Part shown: positions 30,781-41,503 of the stretch, in pieces
How the letters are laid out: each line of letters starts with the position of its first letter
How positions within the stretch are numbered: position 1 is the stretch's first letter
Origin: Candidatus Eremiobacteria bacterium
Lineage (GTDB): Bacteria; Vulcanimicrobiota; Vulcanimicrobiia; Vulcanimicrobiales; Vulcanimicrobiaceae
Assembly: GCA_963758295.1 (NCBI GenBank)
Contig: CAVWUU010000001.1
Span: 807,863-871,862 of the forward strand
DNA length: 64,000 bases
Direction: 5' to 3'
The notes under the pieces: model-generated
What the model was told of the DNA's origin: nothing
What the model saw: only the letters and a program-made list of their open reading frames with translations
Database searches by the model: none
Made by a program: the position numbers and the translations under genes

Positions 30781-31857
30781 TTACAGAGTCGACCACACGT
30801 CGAGCTTGCGCCTAACCCCATCGATCACGGCGTCGGTGAACTCCGTCGTCGAAGCCGAACCGCCCAGATCGGCCGTGGCGATGCCCTCGTGCACGGCTTC
30901 AAGGGCCGACTCGTAGACGGCGCGCGACGCGTTGGCCGCGCGGCGGTCGTCGACGTACGAAAGAAGCGCACCGGCGGCCAAAATCATCGCCAATGGGTTT
31001 GCAACGTTCTTTCCAAACAGACGCGGGGCCGTGCCGTGCGGTGCTTCGGCCATAACGACGTTTGGACGCAGATTCTCGTCGAACGACAGCAGCACCGACT
31101 CCGCTCCTGCAATCGAACCGAAGAGTTGCATCACAAGGTCCGAAAGGCAGTCGCCGTCGCGATTGAGCGACGGAATCACGAGCGGAAGGTCGCCGGCGTT
31201 GGAGAGGAGCAACGCATACGTCGCGTCGATGAGCTGCGGCTCGTACGCCACTTCGGGATGACGCGCGGCGGCGGCATCCATCTCTTCCTTTAACATGCCT
31301 TCGTACACGGGGCTCACCGTGTACTTCGGTCCGCCGAAAACTTTTGCGTTCATCTTCTTAGCGTGCACGAACGCGTACTCCGAAACGTAGCGGCAAACGC
31401 TGCGCGAGATCGTTTCCGTGCGGTACGCAACTTCATCCATGCCCTCGCCTTCGCGCCATTCCTTCGCGCCGTACGCGTCGCCGACGGCCATGCGGACCAC
31501 CGAAATCGGCGCGTGAATGCCTGCAACGGGGCGCACTCGCGGCAGTTTGCGGCCGGTGCGCACGATGACTTTGCCGTCGATGGCTTTGCGTAAAATCGCG
31601 TTGGGTGAACCGACGTCGCCTTTTACTTCGGGCGTAATCGTCGCGGCTTTGAGCCCGAGACGGTGTTCCTTCATCGCCGCCGCGGCATCCGCAACGACTT
31701 GGTTTTGCGTCGCACGCCGGTTCTCGAGCGACAGGTCGAAGTGTTTGAATGCGAGCTCGATGTCGATAACGGACTTATCGAGCACGCGAAGCGATTCGAC
31801 GAGTAACTCTTGTCCGGTCTGGTCGCCTTCGAGGACGACGATGGTCGGCGTGGTCAA
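30781..31857 (-). CDS. Isocitrate/isopropylmalate dehydrogenase family protein
   Basis: LEGDQTGQE, KAATITP, SPNAILRK, GDCLSDL, EAPHGTAP...KNVANP and TADLGG. Confidence 0.88.
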   Translation of the reverse strand: MTTPTIVVLEGDQTGQELLVESLRVLDKSVIDIELAFKHFDLSLENRRATQNQVVADAAAAMKEHRLGLKAATITPEVKGDVGSPNAILRKAIDGKVIVRTGRKLPRVRPVAGIHAPISVVRMAVGDAYGAKEWREGEGMDEVAYRTETISRSVCRYVSEYAFVHAKKMNAKVFGGPKYTVSPVYEGMLKEEMDAAAARHPEVAYEPQLIDATYALLLSNAGDLPLVIPSLNRDGDCLSDLVMQLFGSIAGAESVLLSFDENLRPNVVMAEAPHGTAPRLFGKNVANPLAMILAAGALLSYVDDRRAANASRAVYESALEAVHEGIATADLGGSASTTEFTDAVIDGVRRKLDVWSTL

Positions 31858-31893
31858 ATGAACTCCTAATATAACGACGAAACGGTATTCTCG

Positions 31894-34203
31894 ATGGCTC
31901 GCGTACGCCGGAAGGCGAGTGCAAAGAAACTCAATCTCGAAATCGTCGGGATTGCCGCAATTGGATTAGCGGTTCTCTTCGGGATCGCCTTAGCCGTGCC
32001 GCAGCACGCGGGCAACGTCGGCCACGTGACGGCCGCGGCGTTGCGCTTCTTGTTTGGAGGGGCTGCCCCGCTATTCCCGGTGCTGGTCGCGCTCTTCGGC
32101 GGAATCATCTTCCTGGAAATCAACGTGCCGCGGATGATTGCCGGCCTGGGCAGCGCGGCGCTGACGTACTTTCTTATTGCCGATGCGGCCATGGGGTCAC
32201 ACGGGGCGGGCGGCCTTACGGGCGACTCGATCTGGGGCGCGCTGAACGCCCTTGTCGGCACGGTCGGGGCGACCGTCGTCCTGGCTATCGCGACCGTCAC
32301 GCTCGTCCTCTACCAGACTCAGGTCAGTCTAAAGAAGCTCATCGGGCTTGGAATTATGGCGGCTTCGCGCCTGCGGCCGCCCGAGATGCCGAAGATGAGG
32401 CTCTCACTGCCGGAAGGTCCGTCCTCGCTGCGCGAGGCGTTCGCCTTGCCGAAGCCGGACCCGTCGCGCAACGGCTCGCGCAAATCGAAAGCCAAACCGC
32501 CCGTCTTCGACGTGGCCGAACCCGAAGTCGACGAAGACCAGCTGGACGATCACGATGAAGAGTTTCTAGAGGAAGAAGCGTTTGCAGAACGCGCAGCGCC
32601 GCTTGCGGTCTCCAGCGTCTTCGTGCCGCCGGTTCCTCCGATCCGCGCCGTCCAGGTCGAACCGCAAGACCTTGAAGAGTTCGACGACGCCGAAGTGGAC
32701 GAAGATGCTTCGCGAGCCGGCGCGGTGAGCGGCGACTACGAGCCGGCCGATCTCGTAGCGGCCGCGCGTACGTACAAGCTTCCCGACATGTCGCTCTTCG
32801 ATCCGCCTCAGCTGCAAGTCGCCGATCAATCCAATCGCGCGCACGTGCTCGAAGATACGCTCGGAAGTTTCGGCGTCGGAGCGAAGGTTACGCATATCGA
32901 ACGCGGTCCGTCGATCACGCGCTACGAACTCAAACCCGAACGCGGCGTGAAGATCTCCAAGATCGCTTCGCTTGCCGACGACCTTGCGCTCGCGCTTGCG
33001 GCAACGAGCATTCGCATCGAAGCGCCCATCCCCGGAAAATCCGCGGTCGGCATCGAGGTGCCGAACCAAACCGTTTCGATCGTCGCGATTCGTGAGATTC
33101 TCGAAGCGCTGCCCAACCGCGGCGTCGTTCCGCCGCTGTGGATGGCGCTCGGTAAAGATATCACGGGACGCCCCGTATTCGGCGATCTCGGCAAGATGCC
33201 GCACTTACTCGTCGCCGGTGCGACCGGCGCCGGTAAATCGGTTTGCTTGAATACGATTATCGCGTCGCTGCTCGTTTCCGCGACGCCCGATCAAGTTCAA
33301 CTACTGATGATCGACCCGAAGCGCGTGGAACTTACCGTGTACAACGGCATCCCGCATCTTATCAAGGACGTGATAACAGACGCGAGGCTCGCCGCCGGCG
33401 CGCTCTTCGAGATGACGAAAGAGATGGACACGCGCTACGAGCGCTTTGCCAAGGCCGGCGTTCGAAAGATCGAAGAATACAACGCGAAGTTTCCTGACGA
33501 GAAACTGCCGTACGTCGTCATCGTCATCGACGAGTTGGCCGACCTTATGCTCGTTGCGCCGGCGAAGGTCGAAACGACGATCATGCGCCTCGCGCAACTC
33601 GCTCGCGCGACCGGCATTCACTTGATCGTGGCAACGCAGCGACCGTCGGTCGACGTCATCACCGGTCTCATTAAAGCCAACATTCCGTCGCGCATCGCGT
33701 TTGCCGTTAGTTCGCAAGTGGATTCGCGGACGATTCTCGACATGGCGGGCGCCGAACGTCTCTTAGGCCGCGGCGACATGCTCTACTTGCCGATCGACGC
33801 GCCCAAGCCGATTCGTTCGCAAGGCGCGCTGATCACCGGCAGCGAGGTGAACCGGCTCGTGGAATTTTGGGCGAAGCAAGCTCGTCCCGAGAATCTCCTC
33901 GACGTCGAAGTAACGCCCGTTTCGGACGAAGACGAGAAGAACAAAAAGGAGGCGGATCCGTTGTGCTACGACGCGGCGAAGTTCATCATTGAAACGAACT
34001 TCGCATCGACCGCACAATTGCAATCGCAATTCTCGATCGGTCATCCCCGCGCGGTTCGCTTGATGAAGCAACTAGAAGAGTTCAAAGTCGTGGGTCCGCA
34101 CGAGGGCACCAAGCCGCGTAAAGTCCTAATCGGGTTCGCTGAACTCGAAGTAATCGCGCCACGCTTAGGTAAGAGCGAAGAAGCGCAACAGGAGCTATTC
34201 TAA
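31894..34203 (+). CDS. ftsK: DNA translocase FtsK/SpoIIIE
   Basis: N-terminal TMs, PHLLVAGATGAGKS, IDELADLM, ATQRPSVDVITG and a C-terminal gamma domain. Confidence 0.96.
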   Translation: MARVRRKASAKKLNLEIVGIAAIGLAVLFGIALAVPQHAGNVGHVTAAALRFLFGGAAPLFPVLVALFGGIIFLEINVPRMIAGLGSAALTYFLIADAAMGSHGAGGLTGDSIWGALNALVGTVGATVVLAIATVTLVLYQTQVSLKKLIGLGIMAASRLRPPEMPKMRLSLPEGPSSLREAFALPKPDPSRNGSRKSKAKPPVFDVAEPEVDEDQLDDHDEEFLEEEAFAERAAPLAVSSVFVPPVPPIRAVQVEPQDLEEFDDAEVDEDASRAGAVSGDYEPADLVAAARTYKLPDMSLFDPPQLQVADQSNRAHVLEDTLGSFGVGAKVTHIERGPSITRYELKPERGVKISKIASLADDLALALAATSIRIEAPIPGKSAVGIEVPNQTVSIVAIREILEALPNRGVVPPLWMALGKDITGRPVFGDLGKMPHLLVAGATGAGKSVCLNTIIASLLVSATPDQVQLLMIDPKRVELTVYNGIPHLIKDVITDARLAAGALFEMTKEMDTRYERFAKAGVRKIEEYNAKFPDEKLPYVVIVIDELADLMLVAPAKVETTIMRLAQLARATGIHLIVATQRPSVDVITGLIKANIPSRIAFAVSSQVDSRTILDMAGAERLLGRGDMLYLPIDAPKPIRSQGALITGSEVNRLVEFWAKQARPENLLDVEVTPVSDEDEKNKKEADPLCYDAAKFIIETNFASTAQLQSQFSIGHPRAVRLMKQLEEFKVVGPHEGTKPRKVLIGFAELEVIAPRLGKSEEAQQELF

Positions 34204-34215
34204 CTGCGACGCGCG

Positions 34216-34824
34216 GTGTGGATCGCGTTTGCGGCAATCTGCTTCGCGCTGTTCTTTGGGCTTGGACGAGCGGTCGGGCATAATCCCGATCCGGCGTGGC
34301 TGCTCACCATCGAAGCATCGTGGGTGAATCACGGATCCCTCATCGCCTGGTGGCTCACGTGGCTTGGCTATGCGTATGCGCTTATTCCGGCGTGCATCGT
34401 TGCGATTGTTATCGCTATCCGCTATCCCGAGTGGCGCGTCCGTGTCGCGGTGAGTATCGTCGTACTGTTGCTCGCATGGCAGGGCGCGGACTTCTTTCAG
34501 CACTTTTTCATGCGGCCGCGGCGGCTCGACTGGGTCGTGCACCATGAAACGGCCTTCGGTTATCCAAGCTCGCACGCGGCCATTGCCGTTGGCTTTTATG
34601 CGCTATGGGGATTCTATGCGGCGTCGAGCGCTCTGCGTAGCAGAGCTTGGTTGGCAACGGCGTTCCTGCTGATCGCCGTTGGGATCATGTGGTCCCGGCT
34701 GGCTCTGGGCGCGCATTATCTAACGGATTTGATCGGCGGAGCGCTGTGGGCTAATGGCTTGCTTTGCCTTGCGGAAGCGCTTACCCCGATAAACGTCTTT
34801 GGTCGCTTCGCGGGGCGCAAGTAG
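34216..34824 (+). CDS. PAP2 family phosphatase
   Basis: RPR, YPSSHA and SRLALGAHYLTD motifs. Confidence 0.88.
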   Translation: MWIAFAAICFALFFGLGRAVGHNPDPAWLLTIEASWVNHGSLIAWWLTWLGYAYALIPACIVAIVIAIRYPEWRVRVAVSIVVLLLAWQGADFFQHFFMRPRRLDWVVHHETAFGYPSSHAAIAVGFYALWGFYAASSALRSRAWLATAFLLIAVGIMWSRLALGAHYLTDLIGGALWANGLLCLAEALTPINVFGRFAGRK

Positions 34825-34871
34825 CATCGAGAAGAAGTTTAGCCTAGCACCCCACCTCTTATAAGGCGATC

Positions 34872-36023
34872 ATGGCGTATACAATGGACCCCGCGCTCGT
34901 TGAGATAGAGCGCAAAGTCGAAGCCGGCATTCCGCTCTCCATGGAAGACGGTCTCGCTCTTTACCGCACGCACGACTTGCACAACCTCGGCCGGGTGGCG
35001 CGAGCGCAAAAGGAACGTAAGAGCGGGAAAAAAGTTTTCTACGTCCTCAATCGCTACATCAACTCGACGAACGTTTGTTACGCGAACTGCAAATTCTGTT
35101 CGTTCGCTGCGGACGAGTTCAAAGAATCGCAACGCGTTTTCCGCATGACGGCGGATCAGGTCTTTGCGAAGGCGCTGGAAACCGGTACGAATTTCAATCA
35201 GATTCACATCGTGGGGGGTCACGATCCGCGCCAGCTTTCGCTCGACTACTGGCTGCCGCTGATGCGCCGCTTCAAAGAAGCGCTGCCGCACGTGCAGCTA
35301 TCGCTGTTCACCGCCGCGGAAATCGAGTACATGGCGAAGCGCCACCGTATGAGTTTCCCGGACATCGTGAAGGCGCTCAAAGAGGCGGGACTCGACAACG
35401 TCAACGGCGGCGCCGCCGAAATTTTCGCGGAAGAAACGCGCGCGAAGATCTGCGCGAACAAAGTCAACAGCGAGAACTGGCTGGTGATTCACGAAGAGTT
35501 ACACCGCCAAGGCGTCGCAAGCAACGCAACGATGCTATACGGTCACATCGAATCACTCGAAGATCGCGTCGACCACTTCATTCGTTTGCGTGAGTCGCAA
35601 GAGCGATCCCCCGGCTTCAACGCGTTTATTCCGCTTGCGTACCATCCCGACGGGAACGAACTCTCGGGCTGCGGCTGGACCACGGGTCTCGACGACCTCA
35701 GGACGTTTGCCGTTGCGCGCTTGATGCTGAACAACTTCGATCACATCAAGGCGTACTGGATGATTCAAAGCCTCAAGATCTGCCAGGTCGCGCTGCAGTT
35801 CGGCGCCGACGATATGGACGGCACGCACGGTTCGACGGATGAAGAGATGATCTATCACTCCGCCGGCACGCAATCGGGCCAGTACGTCGACGATCGCGAA
35901 TTCCGCCGCCTGATCGAGGACGCCGGCTACGTTCCCGTTCGCCGCAACTCGACCTACGAAGAATTTCCCTACGATTGGGCGCCGCCGGAACCGCAAGGCA
36001 ACAAGGAACTGGTCACCGTTTGA
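34872..36023 (+). CDS. mqnE: Aminofutalosine synthase (radical SAM)
   Basis: CYANCKFC, SNATMLYGHIE, FIPLAYHP and NFDHIKAYW; clustered with mqnA and mqnC. Confidence 0.88.
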   Translation: MAYTMDPALVEIERKVEAGIPLSMEDGLALYRTHDLHNLGRVARAQKERKSGKKVFYVLNRYINSTNVCYANCKFCSFAADEFKESQRVFRMTADQVFAKALETGTNFNQIHIVGGHDPRQLSLDYWLPLMRRFKEALPHVQLSLFTAAEIEYMAKRHRMSFPDIVKALKEAGLDNVNGGAAEIFAEETRAKICANKVNSENWLVIHEELHRQGVASNATMLYGHIESLEDRVDHFIRLRESQERSPGFNAFIPLAYHPDGNELSGCGWTTGLDDLRTFAVARLMLNNFDHIKAYWMIQSLKICQVALQFGADDMDGTHGSTDEEMIYHSAGTQSGQYVDDREFRRLIEDAGYVPVRRNSTYEEFPYDWAPPEPQGNKELVTV

Positions 36024-36865
36024 TGAGTTCGGGTTTACGTTGTGGGCGCATCATTTATACGAACGACCTCCCCATCTATGCGGCGTTTGATTTTGGCGCG
36101 ATCGAGTATCCGGGAACGCTGCATGCCGACGTTCCGGCGAAGCTGAATGCCATGCTGCTGGGCGGTGAACTCGATTTGAGTCCGATCAGCGCCTTTGCAT
36201 GGGCGAAGAATGCGGACGATCTCGTGCTGCTACCGGATCTTTGTATCGGTGCACGGGACGAAGTCGTCTCAGTCGTGCTGGTTTCGGAAACGGCTCCGGC
36301 CCTTCTCGACGGCGTGGAGATTGCGCTGACCGGTGAATCGGCAAGCGGCCGTAATCTGCTGCGCGTCCTGCTGGAGCGCCGCTACGGCGTTCGTCCGAAG
36401 TACGTTGAATCGGCAGATCCGCCGGCGGCAGCAATGGATGGCAAACCGACGTTGCTGATCGGCGATTCCGCAATCAATGCGCTCGAACGCTTCCCGCGCA
36501 AAGACGTCTACGATCTGGGAACGCTCTGGCATGAATGGACGAAGCAACAAACCGTCTTTGCCGTTTGGGCCGCGCGTCGCGACGCTTACGAACGCGATCC
36601 CGAAGCGGTTCGCGCCTGCATGCACGCACTCACGGACGCCTATACGTGGTCGCGTTCGCACATGCAAGAAGTTATCGCCGAAGCGCATTCGCAGCATCCA
36701 CGCCGGGCGGGATTCTACGAAGAATACTACGGCAAGTTGAATTTTACGTTCCACTCGGCGGCGCAGAGCGGTCTTGCGGCTTACTGTCGCGAGCTCAGCG
36801 CGATCGGCGCAATCGGCGCCGTCCCGTCGTCGCTTCCGGAGGTCATCGGTGTCGTCTCTCGCTAG
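36023..36865 (+). CDS. mqnA: Chorismate dehydratase
   Basis: GRIIYTNDLP, PAKLNAML, LLIGDSA and DLGTLWHEWT...VFAVWA. ATG overlaps the mqnE stop. Confidence 0.85.
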   Translation: MSSGLRCGRIIYTNDLPIYAAFDFGAIEYPGTLHADVPAKLNAMLLGGELDLSPISAFAWAKNADDLVLLPDLCIGARDEVVSVVLVSETAPALLDGVEIALTGESASGRNLLRVLLERRYGVRPKYVESADPPAAAMDGKPTLLIGDSAINALERFPRKDVYDLGTLWHEWTKQQTVFAVWAARRDAYERDPEAVRACMHALTDAYTWSRSHMQEVIAEAHSQHPRRAGFYEEYYGKLNFTFHSAAQSGLAAYCRELSAIGAIGAVPSSLPEVIGVVSR

Positions 36866-37934
36866 TCTCCTAGACCGCGCCGCGTCGGGCGGGCGCCTCT
36901 CATTCGAAGAAGGCGTGCGGCTTTACCGCGAGGCCGATCTCCACGAGCTGGGCATGGCCGCGTATGCGCGCCGCATGCAGCTGCATCCCGGAAACGTCGT
37001 TACGTACGTAATCGATACGACGCTCGACTACACCAACGTTTGCAACGTGCACTGCACGTTCTGCGCGTTCTTCCGTCCGGAGCATCATAAAGAGGGCCGT
37101 ACGCTCACGCACGACCAGGTGCTGGCTCGCGTGAAGTACGCCGCCGACCAGGGCGCGACGCAAATCATGATCCAGGGCGGCGTAAATCCGGAACTGCGGA
37201 TCGAGTGGTTCGAGGAGCTTTTTCAACGGGTGCGCCTCGAGCATCCGAATGTCGACATTCACTCGCTTTCGGTTTCGGAAATCACCGGGCTCGCGAAGAT
37301 TGAGAACCTGACGCCGCGCGAGGTTCTGACGCGCTTGAAAGCGGCCGGGTTGAAATCTCTACCCGGCGCCGGCGCCGAGATTCTCGTCGAACGCGTTCGC
37401 AAACGTATTTCCGCGCGCAAGGTCACGCCGCAAGAATGGCTGGGCGTCATGCGTGACGCGCATCTGCTTGAGATGCCGACGACCGCGACCATGATGTACG
37501 GCTCGATCGAAACCGACGAAGAACGCATCGAGCATATGCACGTGCTGCGCGAACTGCAGGACGAAACGCACGGCTTCACCGCATTTATCCCGTGGTTCTA
37601 CGTTCCGTTCAAGACGCCGCTGCGCGGCAAAGAAGCGACGGCGCTCGAGTACCTCCGAGTGCTTGCCGTGTCGCGTTTGTATCTCGACAATTTCCCGCAT
37701 CTTCAGGCATCGTGGCTCACGCCGGGTCTCAAGATGGGCCAGCTCGCGCTGTTCTACGGCTGCGACGACATGGGTGGAGTCATCATCGAAGACCGTGTCG
37801 TACGCGACGCCGGTGCCGAAAACGAAGCAACGCGTCGCGATCTCGAAAACGTCATTCTCGCCGCGGGCTTCAAACCGGTTATCCGCGACACGTACTGGAA
37901 CGTCCGCACCGACATGTCTCTCGCCACCGCTTAG
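36849..37934 (+). CDS. mqnC: Cyclic dehypoxanthine futalosine synthase (radical SAM)
   Basis: TNVCNVHCTFCAF, IQGGVNP, SLPGAGAEIL, TTATMMYG, FTAFIPW and QASWLT. Confidence 0.88.
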   Translation: MSSLASLLDRAASGGRLSFEEGVRLYREADLHELGMAAYARRMQLHPGNVVTYVIDTTLDYTNVCNVHCTFCAFFRPEHHKEGRTLTHDQVLARVKYAADQGATQIMIQGGVNPELRIEWFEELFQRVRLEHPNVDIHSLSVSEITGLAKIENLTPREVLTRLKAAGLKSLPGAGAEILVERVRKRISARKVTPQEWLGVMRDAHLLEMPTTATMMYGSIETDEERIEHMHVLRELQDETHGFTAFIPWFYVPFKTPLRGKEATALEYLRVLAVSRLYLDNFPHLQASWLTPGLKMGQLALFYGCDDMGGVIIEDRVVRDAGAENEATRRDLENVILAAGFKPVIRDTYWNVRTDMSLATA

Positions 37935-37998
37935 AATTTACACGGGCGCCTGCGTCATCGTGAGCGGCGGCGGATGCCGAGCTTCGTATGACGAGGCG

Positions 37999-40293
37999 CT
38001 AGAAGCGGGTGCCGGCGCGCTCTTCTTCGTGTTCGATAGCGGCTTCGATGCAGAAGCGCAGGGCGGTGATGGCGGTGTCTTCCAGTGTGTGCGGCCAGTG
38101 AGCGGTTCGTTGTAAGCCGGCGTAAGTAAATGTGGCCTTGCGCGAACCGGCATCGATGAAGACTCGCGCACTTTCCGAGGATTCGCCGGTAGAAACTTCG
38201 GCGCCGAACGTGTCGAGCAAGAGAGCACGAAGAATGGCGAAGCGTTCCGTCGTGCTCGTGGCTTCGGCGATGGCTGGAAGCATAGTAGAAACGTTCAGCA
38301 AGCGTGAACGGTAACCGCTCGAAGATTTCGGATCGCCCTGGGCAAGCGTGCGTTCTACGGTAATTGCGGCTTCGATGCGATCGCGACCTTGCAGCGCGCG
38401 GGCGGAGAACTCCACGACGGCCGGCGTACCGTCGGGGCGCAAGTCTGCGAAAATTTGACGAGCTTCCTCGCCGGAGAGCAAGAACTTCGCGAGCGCCGCT
38501 CCGCGCTCGGAATTCTGAAGGAGGTGTAGCAACCGGTGGCGCCCGAGCCGTTGCGCTCGCGCATTTTCGTAAACGGGAACGAGGTCGCCCGTCGGGTTGC
38601 GTTCGTAGATGACCGTCGGGTCACGCGACTCTTCAATCGCTGCGAACAGGAGCGAAATCTGATCGGCGGCGCGTTTGCGCAAGGTAATGTCGCGCCCGAT
38701 TGCAATGCGATAGCGCTTGTCGTTGTGACCGCCGTGAAATGGGCGTCCAACGAACTCCACCCAAAAATCGGTTCCATCGGCGCGCTGGATCATGAACTCT
38801 TTATAGTTCGGTTCACTGCGCTCTACCCGGCCCGCCATGTCGGGCCAAACTCTGGGATCGTTCTTAGGTGAAAGCAGCTCGGTCCAAGAGCGGCCGATTA
38901 CTTCAGATTCATCGAAGCCGGTCGCTTCCAAAACCGATTTGTTGACGAACACGATATGCGGGCCACCGAGCGCCGGCGACGTCGTGTCGGTGATGACGAT
39001 GAAGTCGGCAGCTTGTTCCAATGCCGCGGAAATCAGGCGGAATTGTTCGCGCTGGTCGTGCGACGCCGTGACGTCACGCAGGATTAGCACGCAATGCTCG
39101 GCCGGCGAATCCAGCGGATGGGCATGCACTTCTGCCCAGAACGCCGTTCCGTCTTTGCGATACAGGCGCACCTCATCACGCACGGCTTGGCCTGCGAGAA
39201 CGCGTTGAACGCAGCGGTCGATCACCGCGAGATCGCTCTCGGCGCCGAGCAGCACGGGATAAGGCCCGTTCTCGACGTCGTTGCGCGAATAGCCGGTCAA
39301 TTTGTAGTAGCCGTCGTTCGCGTAAACGATTTCCGGCCAAAGCGGCGCTTCGCCGTTCATGCGGATGATGAATACCGCATCGGGTTCTTTTTCGACGGTC
39401 GCGGTCAGCAGTTGCCGAAACGACTCGTCGCTCTTGCGCTCGCTAATATCACGCGTGATGACCATGTAGCGCAACTCGCCTGCGGCGTTTGGCTCAAGCA
39501 CGTGCACTTGGGCTTCCACCCAGTAATCGCGGCCGTGCGCCGATTGCACCTGGCAATCGAATGAACTCTCATCGGCAGCGCGCGCATGTTCGATGCTTCG
39601 ATCCAGCAATTGCCGGTTATTGGCAATTGAAAAGAACTTGCGGCTGTCCGCCTTGTACTCGTCGGCCGGCACACCGGCACGATCGTAAATCGCGCGGTTG
39701 ACGTACTCTACGTCGGGGAACTCCCGGCCCGCACGCATGACGTAAACGCCGATGCCGTTCGTTGTGAAAGAGGTTGCGCTCTCGAGAACTTCCACGTATT
39801 CCGGACGAAGATCGTTCGTCACGCGGTCTTCCAGCAGCCGAACGATCTCGTCGCGTAGCCCCGAGAGCGCCTTACGGTGCGTTTCGGTAAAGCGGCGCGA
39901 GCGTTGATCGAGCGCAAACAGCGTTCCGATCGCGATTCCGCTGGAAAGGACGATGGGAATCGACGCGCCGCTGCGGATGCCGAGCGCGCGCATCGCGGGG
40001 TGCTCGCAATAGGCCGGATTGCGATCGATCGCTTCCTCGACGATCAGGTTTCCGGTATCGATTGCCGTATCGCATAACGCGTGCGCGCGCGGCACTTCGA
40101 GCGTACCGCTTGGCAAGCCGACCGAAGCTTGAATGTGCAAGCTTGTTTTTCCGGCAAAGCAAATCGCCGCGACCGGGGCTTCGCACGCATAGGCGGTGCA
40201 GGAAGCAATTGCTTGGAAGAGCGATTGGCGCGTGGCCTTAACGTTGAGCGATCGGAGGGCGGCGAGGCGTGCCGCTTCCATGGTTACAGACAC
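37999..40293 (-). CDS. GAF plus multiple PAS/PAC domain protein, no recognisable output domain
   Basis: N-terminal EAARLAALRSL GAF (IGTLFALD) and three PAS/PAC repeats ending RDISERK, RDVT and RDITLRK. Confidence 0.8.
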   Translation of the reverse strand: MSVTMEAARLAALRSLNVKATRQSLFQAIASCTAYACEAPVAAICFAGKTSLHIQASVGLPSGTLEVPRAHALCDTAIDTGNLIVEEAIDRNPAYCEHPAMRALGIRSGASIPIVLSSGIAIGTLFALDQRSRRFTETHRKALSGLRDEIVRLLEDRVTNDLRPEYVEVLESATSFTTNGIGVYVMRAGREFPDVEYVNRAIYDRAGVPADEYKADSRKFFSIANNRQLLDRSIEHARAADESSFDCQVQSAHGRDYWVEAQVHVLEPNAAGELRYMVITRDISERKSDESFRQLLTATVEKEPDAVFIIRMNGEAPLWPEIVYANDGYYKLTGYSRNDVENGPYPVLLGAESDLAVIDRCVQRVLAGQAVRDEVRLYRKDGTAFWAEVHAHPLDSPAEHCVLILRDVTASHDQREQFRLISAALEQAADFIVITDTTSPALGGPHIVFVNKSVLEATGFDESEVIGRSWTELLSPKNDPRVWPDMAGRVERSEPNYKEFMIQRADGTDFWVEFVGRPFHGGHNDKRYRIAIGRDITLRKRAADQISLLFAAIEESRDPTVIYERNPTGDLVPVYENARAQRLGRHRLLHLLQNSERGAALAKFLLSGEEARQIFADLRPDGTPAVVEFSARALQGRDRIEAAITVERTLAQGDPKSSSGYRSRLLNVSTMLPAIAEATSTTERFAILRALLLDTFGAEVSTGESSESARVFIDAGSRKATFTYAGLQRTAHWPHTLEDTAITALRFCIEAAIEHEEERAGTRF

Positions 40294-40380
40294 TTCGCCC
40301 AGTATGTCAGGCCCAGTGCGGGCTTGTCGACCTTTTTAATGCAAGGATTCGGACAAAGCGGTATTGGGCCCGGTTGGCAT

Positions 40381-41454
40381 CTACGCTGCCGAACGAATTG
40401 TCGCCGCGCCCAATACTTCCTCGCCTGCCGAATCGAGCAACGCCACCAGTTGTCCCGGCGTTACCGCGCGCAGCGGTTCATCGAAACGCAGATGTAATTC
40501 CTCTGCTTCGACGTGCGCAATTGCCGGCGCAGGCGTTGCGCGATAGCGCACCATCGCAAGCACCGGTTGGCTCTTCGCGAATCGTTCGGGACGAATGAGA
40601 TTTACTTCATCGGCAACCAATGATGTCGAAAGCAATTCTTCTTCGCGCCCAATCACCACCGTGTTTGTCGCCGCGTCTAAACGAGTCACGTAACGCGGCC
40701 CATCGTTGCTCGCGGGAAGTTTTGCACGCTGCCCGACGGTATAATTCGAGATCCCGCCGTGCGTGCCGACAAGTGCGCCGGTCGATTCAATGACTTCGCC
40801 CGCGCGATTGAGTCCGGGACGAACGCGTGCGAGCACGTCGCGGTAGTCGCCGCCTTCGACGAAGCAAATATCTTGCGACTCGGTTTTTTGATGGACGGGC
40901 AAACGCATGCGCTTCGCGTGTTCGCGCGTTGTCGCTTTATCGAACGCGCCGATGGGAAGCAGCAATCGATCGAGTTGCTCAGGCGTAAGTTGTGCGAGCG
41001 CGTATGCTTGGTCTTTTGCGCTCGGCGTACGGAAAAGATGTGCGCCGTCTTCGCGGTGATCGATCCGTGCGTAATGTCCCGTCGCAATGAAGTGCGCGCC
41101 CAGACGATCTGCGTATTTAAGGAGCGTGCCAAGCTTGACGAAGTTGTTGCACGCAACGCACGGGTTGGGCGTACGTCCGCTCGCGTAATCGTCGGCGAAC
41201 CGGTCGATGACGTTCTTGCGGAACGTTTCCTCGAAATCGAGTACGTAATGCGGGATGCCGAGAATGGCTGCGCTGCGCCGCGCGTCGTCGAAGTCGTCGA
41301 GGCCGCAACAGCTCTTCGCGTGCGCCGGACGGGTTGGGGTGTACATTTTCATCGTGACGCCGACGACGTCATAGCCTGCCTCGACCAGCAGGCCGGCCGC
41401 TACGGCCGAGTCGACACCTCCGCTCATCGCGGCAATTACTCTTGGCTTGTCCAT
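40381..41454 (-). CDS. mnmA: tRNA-specific 2-thiouridylase
   Basis: [42 protein letters not shown] and PGQ. Confidence 0.96.
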   Translation of the reverse strand: MDKPRVIAAMSGGVDSAVAAGLLVEAGYDVVGVTMKMYTPTRPAHAKSCCGLDDFDDARRSAAILGIPHYVLDFEETFRKNVIDRFADDYASGRTPNPCVACNNFVKLGTLLKYADRLGAHFIATGHYARIDHREDGAHLFRTPSAKDQAYALAQLTPEQLDRLLLPIGAFDKATTREHAKRMRLPVHQKTESQDICFVEGGDYRDVLARVRPGLNRAGEVIESTGALVGTHGGISNYTVGQRAKLPASNDGPRYVTRLDAATNTVVIGREEELLSTSLVADEVNLIRPERFAKSQPVLAMVRYRATPAPAIAHVEAEELHLRFDEPLRAVTPGQLVALLDSAGEEVLGAATIRSAA

Positions 41455-41503
41455 AATTCCGACCCACAGGATAACAGGAGAAAGGGCCTAACTCAAAGCC
41501 CCA

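Noticed and set aside
38700..39420. LOV photoreceptor domains in the GAF-PAS protein
   Set aside because: The PAS domains lack the GxNCRFLQ motif and its cysteine.
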